IMG/VR virus record: IMGVR_UViG_3300013104_000001
Span: 223,407 to 287,406 of that record
Length of the DNA: 64,000 nucleotides
Direction: 5' to 3' (one strand)
Below, piece by piece: positions 19,070 to 28,101 of the stretch (its first letter is position 1; each line of letters begins with the position of its first letter). The translations under genes and the position numbers were made by a program. The notes under the pieces are model-generated. The model ran no database searches. It had not been told where the DNA came from and worked only from the letters and a program-made list of their open reading frames with translations.

Positions 19070-20664
19070 AAAAAAACTTTACCGACGTTCAGCGGCGTGT
19101 ACGCAGGGAACATGTTGTTCACCATCGGCTGTCTGGTTTCACAGACTGGGCATTTCCAACGCGGCATTGCCATCACGCCAATAGTCACCCGGTTAATGAA
19201 TGCACCGACCTGATCGTTGAACGCTTTACGGATATCCTGCACGGCACTGAACTGTTTCAGCAGGCTAGCGATGTCTTCTTCGCTATCAACATATTTGCCA
19301 TCATCAAATTCGATACGTGCAATCCAGTGTGCGTAACCACGCATAGAGGAGAGAGCAGCTTGTTTGTTGATGTACTCCTCACGCTGTTCACGTGTGAGAC
19401 TGTTGTTAAACGTTTCAGCAACCGCCTGCTCGATGGTGTTGATCCAGTCCTGACCAGCATCAGTTTTCTGTTCGAGAGATGGCACGCGCAGATAGTACTT
19501 AACGCCAGCGACTTCGAAGGTATTGTCTTTCAGAACTTCGAAGGCGGTTTGGTAAGCAATAACCTGTTCAGCCGTGCGAGCAGAATAATGCGACATGTGT
19601 TCGCGCTGTACACTGCTCAGACGTGAGTTGTCGATGATTGTCAGACGAGCGATGTTAACTTTAGCCGCTTCGATGTGGTTACATTTCTTCGGATCAACAA
19701 CGCAACCCTGAGCGATCTGATAACCAGATTTGAAACGTGCACCGAGATAGGCCGCAGCCAGCAGATCCAGATCAGGTTCTTTGATCAGACCACGCAGGAC
19801 TTTCTTATCGGTGGTGCCGATAGATGAATCGGTGATCATACCCAACAGGAAGTCAGCCATGTGTTTGCGCACAATGACATCGAGGTTGTTGAATACAATA
19901 CCGTTAGTACGACGACCGATGGTGACCTTTTCATTCATCAATGAAGTTTGCATATCAACAAACTCATCGTCACCGGCAATCAGGATGGTGACCCACAGAC
20001 CGGAATGCGGCAAAGGCAGATGGACATAGTCACCCATGTTCATAACTGAACGCGCACGCATAACTGCCTGCTGGCCAGTTAAACGACCATCTTCGCTGAC
20101 AGATTTCTTAACCGGTGGTTTAGAGATACCCTGGACCGTACCGTTTGGTAACAGGATGCCCTGCAGCCATTCAGCACCGCTGTAAGTAATGGTGTCGCGT
20201 AACCCATCTTTATAAGACAGGTTAGAGATTGCAGCACTGACCAGAGCCAGCCAAATAAAGGCGCGTTCCTGGCCGTGCAGGCTGATGATCTCTTTCAGTA
20301 ACTTAGTGTCACCTGAAGCATCATCAAGTTCATTCATCATCGCAACTGCTTCATCGTAGTTGCTGTGAATGATCGACATCACGCCGCCATCAGTAGCGTC
20401 TTTGATATTAGCAAACGCTTTGATGATCGGGTTCTGGTTTCTGTTAGAGATCGGCTGTTCAACACGCAGGTCTTCCTGCTCAGTTACTTCAGCCTCTGGC
20501 AGCACACCCGGCCCGCTTGCAGGTTGGTCTTCATCAACAGGGGTAGGCGCTGGTGCCGGCGCTGACTTTACATCAACACGTGGTGAATCGGGATCAACAG
20601 CAGGAACAGCATTGACCACTTCTTCGTTCTGCTGTGAAGCAGTGACGTTGTTATCATCGGACAT
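19018..20664 (-). CDS. Conserved protein (phiKZ gp77 position), T4 gp26-like tail/baseplate-hub assembly chaperone
   Basis: 548 aa with an acidic disordered N-terminus. The later architecture is DLDLL..C-x6-C..LRVP..WI..CPVC..FF. GGAAGGA RBS. Confidence 0.65.
   Translation of the reverse strand: MSDDNNVTASQQNEEVVNAVPAVDPDSPRVDVKSAPAPAPTPVDEDQPASGPGVLPEAEVTEQEDLRVEQPISNRNQNPIIKAFANIKDATDGGVMSIIHSNYDEAVAMMNELDDASGDTKLLKEIISLHGQERAFIWLALVSAAISNLSYKDGLRDTITYSGAEWLQGILLPNGTVQGISKPPVKKSVSEDGRLTGQQAVMRARSVMNMGDYVHLPLPHSGLWVTILIAGDDEFVDMQTSLMNEKVTIGRRTNGIVFNNLDVIVRKHMADFLLGMITDSSIGTTDKKVLRGLIKEPDLDLLAAAYLGARFKSGYQIAQGCVVDPKKCNHIEAAKVNIARLTIIDNSRLSSVQREHMSHYSARTAEQVIAYQTAFEVLKDNTFEVAGVKYYLRVPSLEQKTDAGQDWINTIEQAVAETFNNSLTREQREEYINKQAALSSMRGYAHWIARIEFDDGKYVDSEEDIASLLKQFSAVQDIRKAFNDQVGAFINRVTIGVMAMPRWKCPVCETRQPMVNNMFPAYTPLNVGKVFFTLMVNTLNQTFEQADI
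19069..19076 (-). other. Slippery site GTT-TTT-TTT-ACC (U UUU UUU), putative programmed -1 frameshift
   Basis: A T8 run on the coding strand, correctly phased as X XXY YYZ. The -1 frame opens immediately upstream of the run. Confidence 0.7.
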
Positions 20665-20681
20665 TATGTAGCATCCTTCCC

Positions 20682-21155
20682 TTATTTAAGCTTCTTATTG
20701 AGATCGACCAGCGTAGGCTCATCGATTTTATCTTTTGCTGCAGCTGCTACGCCGTGAGCGTGTGCTACATCAGACGACGCCAGGATAGGAGCGCAGTGGT
20801 TCTGCATGACGTCCATCAACTTTGCTTGTTGCTGTACATAGAGCTCATGGATGCGCAGGAATTCAGACAGGTTATTAACATCCATGGCATAACCGGTACG
20901 GCCAGCATGTTGCGCTTTGATGTTCGGCAATTCAGCATCGACAGCTTTGGTTGCTTCCAAGGCTTTTTCGATATGCATGCTCAGCGCAGTTGGGTTTGGA
21001 TGAAAACGCACGATGTTGTTGTTAACTGCCAACAAACAGGTGTTATTGATTTCATTACGCAAATTAATCGTATAACTTGCGACATCGTTTAGATATTCCC
21101 AAAAATGGTCCGGCTGATGTACTTCCGGTGCCGTTGGGGGTTTATGTCCAGACAT
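20682..21155 (-). CDS. Conserved hypothetical protein (gp78 position)
   Basis: 157 aa with an AAGGA RBS. A TATG element lies upstream at 21190-21197. Confidence 0.7.
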   Translation of the reverse strand: MSGHKPPTAPEVHQPDHFWEYLNDVASYTINLRNEINNTCLLAVNNNIVRFHPNPTALSMHIEKALEATKAVDAELPNIKAQHAGRTGYAMDVNNLSEFLRIHELYVQQQAKLMDVMQNHCAPILASSDVAHAHGVAAAAKDKIDEPTLVDLNKKLK

Positions 21156-21244
21156 AAGAGGTCCTTGAGGTGGCTTTACTTGAGGCTTACATATATTGAC
21201 GCGAAAGATGTCGACAATTACAACGTTTTATAAAAGGAAAGGAC

Positions 21245-22153
21245 ATGAGTCAAATTACCGATTTAACCGCAGAGGATCGTAAACTTACCCCACTCTCTGC
21301 CGATGATAGTCAACCTGACGTAGGTGACTTCAGTGATCTTAATGATTACCTCATGTCAGTGGTTGCCGACGTCCGTCGTGAAAAGATCATTGAGCTGTGC
21401 CAGAACTTAGCAGCATTGCAAAAGCATCAGGTCCAGCCCGACATCGACCGCCTGTTAATGATGGCAAACGATGGTGAAGCACCAGCTGTTCTCGATGACA
21501 TTACCCGGTTGTTATTTGAACACGCTTATGATCTGACAAAAGACATGGGGTTCAACTGGGCAGACGACATCGAGTTTGATCAGCTGTTCTTACTGGCGGA
21601 TATCATTGAAGGTGCTATGCTACTTGAAGGCATGGAAGACTACGGTGATATCTCCTCTATCCTTGATGGCGATGATTCTATCGAAGAGAAGGTTGTCGAT
21701 ATCTGGGGCTTTATCCTGGATAAAGATATGCATCATCTCTTTGATCAGATTGATTCAATTGAGGAAGCGACACTGGATGGTATCAATCGTGTGATTACCC
21801 GTCCATACGCACCGACCGCTTATGAAGATAACCAAGCACCACTGCCATTCGTGGTAGAACGCTTGATTGCTCATAAGGAAATCATGCGAAAAGATTCTAT
21901 CGCTTATGGGCATGTTTCCAATGGCGGGGCATTAGGCGTCACGTTAGACTCCTTAATCACGCTGTATACCACCGAACTGCAACAGGTTACTGATGTCAAA
22001 TCATTAGTCGATGAACTGGTCTATTTCACGTTGATCAGTGATACCCCTGATGGCTTGTGTAACTCGGCCGCTAAGAAACTCGCTGAAGCGTGGATTGATG
22101 ACATTCAACAGGTTAACGTTGTTGGCTCACAAATTGACAGGATGCTGCCATGA
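21245..22153 (+). CDS. Acidic helical protein (gp79 position)
   Basis: 302 aa with an AAGGA RBS. It overlaps the virion RNAP gene at ATGA. Confidence 0.75.
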   Translation: MSQITDLTAEDRKLTPLSADDSQPDVGDFSDLNDYLMSVVADVRREKIIELCQNLAALQKHQVQPDIDRLLMMANDGEAPAVLDDITRLLFEHAYDLTKDMGFNWADDIEFDQLFLLADIIEGAMLLEGMEDYGDISSILDGDDSIEEKVVDIWGFILDKDMHHLFDQIDSIEEATLDGINRVITRPYAPTAYEDNQAPLPFVVERLIAHKEIMRKDSIAYGHVSNGGALGVTLDSLITLYTTELQQVTDVKSLVDELVYFTLISDTPDGLCNSAAKKLAEAWIDDIQQVNVVGSQIDRMLP

Positions 22154-23460
22154 ATATCCGTGATTACTTACTACTGGCCTTTAAGAATAAAGCATATCGA
22201 CACCGTCAGTGGGTGCTGAGTGTCATGAGTATGGTCGGTACTCCTGATGGCGCAACACAGACCAGAGAGAATGTGCCTTATCAATGCCAACTAATCCGCA
22301 CCGGCGAAATCCTACAATGGTGCTACTGGGATGACTATGAAAAAACCTTTGTTCCAATCGACGACATCGATGTTAACTTCCCCGTCTTCAGACCAGAAGA
22401 CGAATTTATTATTAATGCTGGCGAGTTCCCTAATGTCAGTGAAACGCTTGTTACTACTTTCGGGCGTATTCTGGCTAACCATTATTATTTTGTCGATGTA
22501 CTTGACGATCGGGTTCCTTACCAGAACGTAGAGTTCAATCGCGGGATGCTGGAAAAGATCTTCAAAGCACGCGTGTTGGAAAACGATGAAGATCTGCGTC
22601 GCTCTGATAGAAGTTTTATCACTGTCGATGAGTTCAAGCGTTGCATCGATAATGGCTATGCATTAGGTGGCCTGTCGAAACTCTGTGTACCAACCGCTTG
22701 TCCTGAAACTATGTATCCGCCGAAGTTTATTATTGAGATGCGTGATCGCCTGTTTGCTGAGCACGCGGACGAACTCAATAACCCGGTAGTGATGGGTCGT
22801 ATTCAGGACCAGCTGTTAACCGAATACCGTAAGTTCTTAATGGCAACTCCGTCTGCGAAGTTCTTCGTTATTAAGAAGACCATCGACCAGGCATTCAACG
22901 CCATGTTCTTAACCGGTGGTATCGCAGGTGCATTCGGTGGCAACACGGTTATTACCAACTCGCTCTATGAAGGTTGGAACCTGAAGAACTTCCCGGCGCT
23001 GGTTAATGGATCTATCGAAGCTTCATTCGACCGCGGTGCTGCAACAGCTGATGGTGGCGAAAAGGTTAAGATCCTGATTCGTGCAACACAGAACATCAAT
23101 ATCACTCCTGATGACTGTGGTGTGAAGATCGGGGTTCCGTGGGAGATCCCAGAGTCGATGAAGACACGCTTCATTAACTCCTACATTTTCCAAGGTGACC
23201 AAACGGTATTGTTGACACCTGAGAACATCGATCAGTTTGTCGGTAAGCCGTTGATGGTGCGTTCTCCTGACTTCTGCCAACAGTCACATGGTGATACCTG
23301 TCAGTACTGTGCAGGTGCACACAACGCAACCAACACCCGCGGGATGTCATCCGGTACATCCAAGATCGGTTCTACCCTCATGCTGTTATCGATGAAGGCA
23401 ATGCATAAAGGTAGTAAGATCGATCTGATCAAATACGACCTCGATGAAGTCTTCAACTAA
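22150..23460 (+). CDS. rpoC: Virion RNA polymerase beta'-like subunit, C-terminal part (phiKZ gp80-like)
   Basis: Bridge-helix-like ASFDRGAATADGGEKVK, then DDCG, RSPDFC..TCQYCAG Zn site, and trigger-loop-like IGSTLMLLSMKAMH. Confidence 0.85.
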   Translation: MNIRDYLLLAFKNKAYRHRQWVLSVMSMVGTPDGATQTRENVPYQCQLIRTGEILQWCYWDDYEKTFVPIDDIDVNFPVFRPEDEFIINAGEFPNVSETLVTTFGRILANHYYFVDVLDDRVPYQNVEFNRGMLEKIFKARVLENDEDLRRSDRSFITVDEFKRCIDNGYALGGLSKLCVPTACPETMYPPKFIIEMRDRLFAEHADELNNPVVMGRIQDQLLTEYRKFLMATPSAKFFVIKKTIDQAFNAMFLTGGIAGAFGGNTVITNSLYEGWNLKNFPALVNGSIEASFDRGAATADGGEKVKILIRATQNINITPDDCGVKIGVPWEIPESMKTRFINSYIFQGDQTVLLTPENIDQFVGKPLMVRSPDFCQQSHGDTCQYCAGAHNATNTRGMSSGTSKIGSTLMLLSMKAMHKGSKIDLIKYDLDEVFN

Positions 23461-23473
23461 CTAAGCGCATACA

Positions 23474-23491
23474 TTTACAAACCTACATTAT
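23474..23491 (+). promoter_or_regulatory. Putative early promoter, TTTACAAACCTACATTAT
   Basis: A copy of the recurrent motif, heading the accessory island. Confidence 0.7.
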
Positions 23492-23530
23492 ACAGGGGAT
23501 AGTATAATCCCTAATTAATTGAGGTGTGTG

Positions 23531-24151
23531 ATGGACATTGTATTAAAAGCTGAGTTAGTGGCAGTGACTGCCCATGATGCGGTTGGACAGAAACGCAAGT
23601 TCACGGGTGAGCCGTATTGGACTCACCCGCAGAAGGTTGCCGACGTTGTTGCACAGCGCCAAGACGACCATATGTACTTTCAGTACTATGACTGGGACCT
23701 GGTAGCCGCAGCTTGGCTACATGACGTTGTTGAAGACACTCAGATATCCCAGGACTTTATCGTAAAACATTTTGGTCCTGATATTGCTCAGTTTGTTTTC
23801 GATGTGACTGAGCAGAACGTCTACGGTCCTAAATCTCAGAACGCATTACATGAGATCAATCGTTTAAGCAAAGTGTGTGATAAGAGTAAGTTCTTAAAGC
23901 TCTGCGACATCTATTGTAACGTGAGCGATATCTGCGTTGAGAGCGGCGAGCAGTTCATCGGCGCTTGGGTACCAACTAAGATCGCAACCGTATTGGCGAT
24001 TGGTAATGAGTCGCCAATGTTCCAAGGATTCGGGAAGGATATTCTGGATGTGATCGAAACAAAGATCAAGTCAGTCTATCCAACTCTCGATTACGGTAAG
24101 TTGTTCAAGGAAGCAATGAGCCGGTTAGAAAAAGCGAAAGGGCTTTCATAA
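23531..24151 (+). CDS. RelA/SpoT-type (Mesh1/small alarmone hydrolase-like) HD-domain hydrolase
   Basis: Motifs AH.GQKRK.TGEPY..HP, AAAWLHDVVEDT and LKLCDIYCN. GAGG RBS before the ATG at 23531. Confidence 0.85.
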   Translation: MDIVLKAELVAVTAHDAVGQKRKFTGEPYWTHPQKVADVVAQRQDDHMYFQYYDWDLVAAAWLHDVVEDTQISQDFIVKHFGPDIAQFVFDVTEQNVYGPKSQNALHEINRLSKVCDKSKFLKLCDIYCNVSDICVESGEQFIGAWVPTKIATVLAIGNESPMFQGFGKDILDVIETKIKSVYPTLDYGKLFKEAMSRLEKAKGLS

Positions 24152-24180
24152 GCAGTACCCTCTCTGTACCCGAGATATGA

Positions 24181-24378
24181 ATGACAACAAACCCGCAGTT
24201 TTCTTTTGCAGCTCAAATTGTTGAAGCCGCACACAGCTCAAGCAAACTGGAAATAGGACGTGAGACCGATACGCAAAAGAACCTGTTCGTTCTGCGTAAA
24301 GGTATTCCGTTCGACTTCTCGTTTATCATGTCTGAAGAAGCGATTTACCAACTTCGACAGGCAGGGCATATCAACTAA
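24181..24378 (+). CDS. Small hypothetical protein
   Basis: 65 aa ORF filling the gap in the operon. Confidence 0.55.
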   Translation: MTTNPQFSFAAQIVEAAHSSSKLEIGRETDTQKNLFVLRKGIPFDFSFIMSEEAIYQLRQAGHIN

Positions 24379-24393
24379 ACTGCTGAGGTAAGT

Positions 24394-24822
24394 ATGACTA
24401 ATAAATCGGAGATCTCACACGGTGGCGGCGATCAACCAGTCGACAAAGAGCAGAGTCATCTCTCTGTACTGGTGAATTACTCAACTGGCGTGATGGAAGG
24501 TGATCGTTTCAGTTACTCGGTAGCACTGGCCCTTGTTAAAGACGGGATCAAGGTCAAGCGTGAAGATTGGAATAATGCATTCCTTGTCTTCGTGCCGGGT
24601 ACGCAGAATGTAGAACTGCCCAAAGGGTCACCGTATGAAGTCGCACTCCACGGTAAGAAGACGGTTGCCAATATTCGTCCGCACATTGACCTGTACACGG
24701 AGTACGGTGAGTTCGAGGTCGGCTGGGTTCCTTCTCAGCAAGACCATCATGCACAAGACTGGATGATTGTGCTTGAACCCTCCGTCGATGAAAAAGACGA
24801 TAAAGAAAAAGATAAGCCATAA
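24394..24822 (+). CDS. tad2: Tad2-family (DUF2829) anti-Thoeris nucleotide-sponge protein
   Basis: FSYSVALALVKDGIKVKREDWN ... IDLYT..GEFEVGWVPSQQDHHAQDW matches the DUF2829 pattern F..AL..lK.G.kv.R.gWn ... GW.pSq.D.lA.DW. Confidence 0.8.
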   Translation: MTNKSEISHGGGDQPVDKEQSHLSVLVNYSTGVMEGDRFSYSVALALVKDGIKVKREDWNNAFLVFVPGTQNVELPKGSPYEVALHGKKTVANIRPHIDLYTEYGEFEVGWVPSQQDHHAQDWMIVLEPSVDEKDDKEKDKP

Positions 24823-24826
24823 TCCC

Positions 24827-24856
24827 AGGGTGTCCGAAAGGGCACCCTTTATGCCC
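24827..24856 (+). terminator. Hairpin followed by TTATGCCC
   Basis: AGGGTGTCC-GAAA-GGGCACCCT. Confidence 0.75.
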
Positions 24857-24871
24857 ATTAGGAGTTTTGCC

Positions 24872-25234
24872 ATGTCAGAGAACAAAGTAATTAATGTCGT
24901 ATTCGATACTCGCGAACAGGAAGAAGGTAAAGCCTGGTACTCATTAATCAATCAAGTCAATGCCGTATTGGCAAGCGGTGGTCAGTATCGTGATATCAGC
25001 ATCACACAGTGGGAAATGTACCGCGAAGGCGCAGTGTTCAAATCTGACAAGGGTGTCAACATCCCGTTCTATCGCCACTTCTATCATAACGCAGGGAACA
25101 ACACTCTGGGCGGTGGTTTCCTGCTGTTTGAAGTCATTGAAGATCTGGAGCGTTTTTACAATCCGCTGGCAACACCAGAAGAGGATCTGGATGATGTGCA
25201 TATGTCATTCACTGTCACAGTGACATTGGTCTAA
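24872..25234 (+). CDS. Hypothetical protein, ITxW paralog 1
   Basis: AGGAG RBS before the ATG at 24872. Shares motifs with the next two ORFs. Confidence 0.7.
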   Translation: MSENKVINVVFDTREQEEGKAWYSLINQVNAVLASGGQYRDISITQWEMYREGAVFKSDKGVNIPFYRHFYHNAGNNTLGGGFLLFEVIEDLERFYNPLATPEEDLDDVHMSFTVTVTLV

Positions 25235-25244
25235 GAGGCACGTG

Positions 25245-25601
25245 ATGGAAAAAGCATTTGAAGTCACCTTTGACTCCCGTTCTCCAGCAGATGCGGGCTA
25301 TCTGTTAAAACAGCGCTTGACCAACTTCACTCACAGTGGTCGGTTGATGCGTGACGCTGCTATTACCAAATGGCAACTCTTCTCAGATGAGAAACCGATC
25401 GCAGGTGATGACGATGTACACATCTCTATCCTGCAGCACTTCACCTATGACGTTCAGTCAGGCACGGTGAGCTGTGATGTTAATACCCAGTCGGCATTGC
25501 GTGACATCTATCGTTGTTACGGCCCTGACTCCCCATTACCCCCTATCAGTAAAATACCAGGTGCGATTGACCTGGTTGTAACTATTGTTATCTTCTATTA
25601 A
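25245..25601 (+). CDS. Hypothetical protein, ITxW paralog 2
   Basis: GAGG RBS. Pattern V.FD.R...ITKW...V.I...HF...V(T/I)V at the C-terminus. Confidence 0.7.
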   Translation: MEKAFEVTFDSRSPADAGYLLKQRLTNFTHSGRLMRDAAITKWQLFSDEKPIAGDDDVHISILQHFTYDVQSGTVSCDVNTQSALRDIYRCYGPDSPLPPISKIPGAIDLVVTIVIFY

Positions 25602-25618
25602 CTACAGGTGATTTTATC

Positions 25619-26035
25619 ATGTCGATCAAAGCTAAAGATTTCCGTCTGCCATTACGTTCTAAGAATGGTGCGTTCTCCCTGGATGTTGAACTCAATCACA
25701 AACACTGGGACCGTGATGTCGCGGATCTGCACGTTGACGTTGCAAACATCGTTAGCTGCAAGCGTCACATTGAAAAGATCGTGATTACCAAATGGGTGTG
25801 CTATGACGAAGAAGGTATTCGTCGCGGTAGTAATAAAAACATCTCTTTGAATATCACCGAGTGGTTCATGAGTCTGAAAGGTCCGATCAATAACGACAAG
25901 ATCAAGCCGATCAGCTTCGCCCATGCAATTAACCAGCTGCCATCGGTACGCACTCCCTGGGTCAAAGATGTTCGCATGGATGTTGAGCTGACCATCCACT
26001 ACAGTGTTAACCCCGCTCAAGACTCACGTCATTAA
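25619..26035 (+). CDS. Hypothetical protein, ITxW paralog 3 (more divergent)
   Basis: AGGTG RBS. Contains VITKWVCYDEEG and a C-terminal strand MDVELTIHY. Confidence 0.7.
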   Translation: MSIKAKDFRLPLRSKNGAFSLDVELNHKHWDRDVADLHVDVANIVSCKRHIEKIVITKWVCYDEEGIRRGSNKNISLNITEWFMSLKGPINNDKIKPISFAHAINQLPSVRTPWVKDVRMDVELTIHYSVNPAQDSRH

Positions 26036-26160
26036 TTAACGTTAAGATATAATCGGCATATATCTTGTCTCGTTAGCGTAAGCTCGCTAAAAACTCTTTT
26101 AAAGTTTTGTATAACAAACTATCAACTTTGTAGAAAGATACTAAAAGGAAATTAACCAAC

Positions 26161-26874
26161 ATGTTACATGAAAACTTCGAAGCCCTGGTAGCGAACATCA
26201 GTGCTCAGATCAACCTCCTATTACCGGAAGAACTCCCTACCCTGATACTTACTAACAGCGGGCTTTATATTGACGATAAGCGCGTTGAACGCACAGGGAT
26301 GTTGTTGAGTTTGTTGACCCCTCAACCAGGGCATACTTTCGACGTGACCTTTGATAAAGAACTGCAGGATGCGTTTGCTCACAACAACCTGGAATTTATC
26401 AAAGTAGGTGAGGGGATTGCCTACGGCCTTCTGCGAAAAAGTACTGTGAATAATGATCCAGCGGTGTTCTGGATTCAAGTGACTAATGACGCAGACGTGC
26501 CACACGTGGTAGAGCAAGCCCGTTCGATTATCAGTGATCTTAAAAAGAATGCAGGTTATCCGCAGGCGTACAACGTAGACCAGCTTGATATAGACTGGAA
26601 TGCCATGAATTGGAGACAGTTGCTGGCGTTGTTAATAGATCGTGTTGACCCAGACCACCGTTTCCGCTTGGCTGGTAATGAACAGTATGACTTTGTTTTA
26701 TCAAGCAACGCGATTAAGTACTATCGCGAGACAACCAGTAAACACCCTATGTCTCCAGTCGCTTATCTGAATGGTGTCAATCTGTTCAGTGCCAATGACT
26801 TTAATGAGTCTCTTATCCATTGGTCTATTGCGCCGTCAGGTAGCAATCGTCCGGTTGTGGAGGCATCTGTTTAA
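26161..26874 (+). CDS. Hypothetical protein
   Basis: 237 aa with an AAGGA RBS. Confidence 0.75.
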   Translation: MLHENFEALVANISAQINLLLPEELPTLILTNSGLYIDDKRVERTGMLLSLLTPQPGHTFDVTFDKELQDAFAHNNLEFIKVGEGIAYGLLRKSTVNNDPAVFWIQVTNDADVPHVVEQARSIISDLKKNAGYPQAYNVDQLDIDWNAMNWRQLLALLIDRVDPDHRFRLAGNEQYDFVLSSNAIKYYRETTSKHPMSPVAYLNGVNLFSANDFNESLIHWSIAPSGSNRPVVEASV

Positions 26875-26929
26875 TTCGACACACGATCTAGATGTTATAC
26901 ACGTAATGTAACGTCTGGAGTTTTCGTAG

Positions 26930-27205
26930 GTGACTATCCCGCAATTACCCGATGAAGAAGGCGTTGATGCTGACTTCCAATCCCTGCAAGCTCGTCACGC
27001 TGCAATGTTGATGAGCTTTCTTGATTTAACTGCCCGCCTTGATAAAGAGGAGGTGTCGATCACTGACATCAGTGATTTCTCCGTAGGTATGTCTAACATT
27101 ATCTGCGACCACATGCGTACTGATCCTAAACGCGATAGTTACAGGAGCACTATGGTTGAGAAACTCGAACAGGTTCTGTCTCGACACCTGCTCAAAAAGG
27201 GGTAA
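26930..27205 (+). CDS. Hypothetical protein
   Basis: 91 aa with a GGAG RBS and a GTG start. Confidence 0.6.
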   Translation: MTIPQLPDEEGVDADFQSLQARHAAMLMSFLDLTARLDKEEVSITDISDFSVGMSNIICDHMRTDPKRDSYRSTMVEKLEQVLSRHLLKKG

Positions 27206-27245
27206 GTGACGGAACACCCTAGTCTGTGATGAAAAGGAAAGCAAA

Positions 27246-28025
27246 ATGATTTTCGAAAAAGAAGGGGATACGTTGCACATCGTGCGACTGAGGACAAAGC
27301 CCTGGTTTCACATGACCGTGACCAGCGACCCGGATGCAAGTATGGAGATTGTTAATACCAATCTGCGACAAGGGACGTTTACGGATCCACATTTCCAACA
27401 CCAGTACGATATTGCTAAAAAGGAGATGGGCAATGACCCTGATCCACATGATGTTGTCTTTCATCAGTTTTTAACTACTGATAGTCAAAACGGGTACCAA
27501 TCAGGCCATTGGCTCATTCGTGACCATATTGCCAAAGGTTTCTCGTTAAAGCATATTACCAATATAGGCGATTGGTGGTCAACACAAGCGTACTTCTATG
27601 GTGCCGAGGATACTCCTGATCCTGACGATGCCAATAAGAAATACAAAGTGACCGATCTTGGCAAATACTTCTTTGATTCAGGTCTTTATGAATTGGGTAA
27701 GTTCCCGATGTATTTCCTGCCAGGCGAAGACGGGGCGGATACTTACGACGAACTCATTGAGACTCATCGTTTACCCCAACCCTCATTCGGTTACTCCTGT
27801 GTTGCCATTAAAAGTGGAATGGCGTTTAGTTTATTAACGTATAACAATTCAAAGCGTGCTCTTTCGGAAGATGAAAACCTTAAGGCGTGCCAGATACCAG
27901 TTAAGGCGAATGGGTTGTTATACAGTTCGGTGATGGAATTAGCAATGGCCAAGAACACTCCAGTTTGGTTTGTCCTGGAGATGCTCGAAACCGCGACTGA
28001 TCCCGAATGGCATTTTGTTAATTGA
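27246..28025 (+). CDS. Hypothetical protein
   Basis: 259 aa with an AAGGA RBS. Confidence 0.75.
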   Translation: MIFEKEGDTLHIVRLRTKPWFHMTVTSDPDASMEIVNTNLRQGTFTDPHFQHQYDIAKKEMGNDPDPHDVVFHQFLTTDSQNGYQSGHWLIRDHIAKGFSLKHITNIGDWWSTQAYFYGAEDTPDPDDANKKYKVTDLGKYFFDSGLYELGKFPMYFLPGEDGADTYDELIETHRLPQPSFGYSCVAIKSGMAFSLLTYNNSKRALSEDENLKACQIPVKANGLLYSSVMELAMAKNTPVWFVLEMLETATDPEWHFVN

Positions 28026-28036
28026 CCGTTGTGGGG

Positions 28037-28045
28037 AATCCTATG
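28037..28045 (+). promoter_or_regulatory. Putative late promoter, AATCCTATG
   Basis: An identical 9-mer occurs at 33711 ahead of the head-protein operon. phiKZ late promoters have a TATG core. Confidence 0.5.
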
Positions 28046-28101
28046 CAATTGCAAAGTGATGTACCTACAACCACTCGTAAAATGATTTAAGGAGAGATTA
28101 A

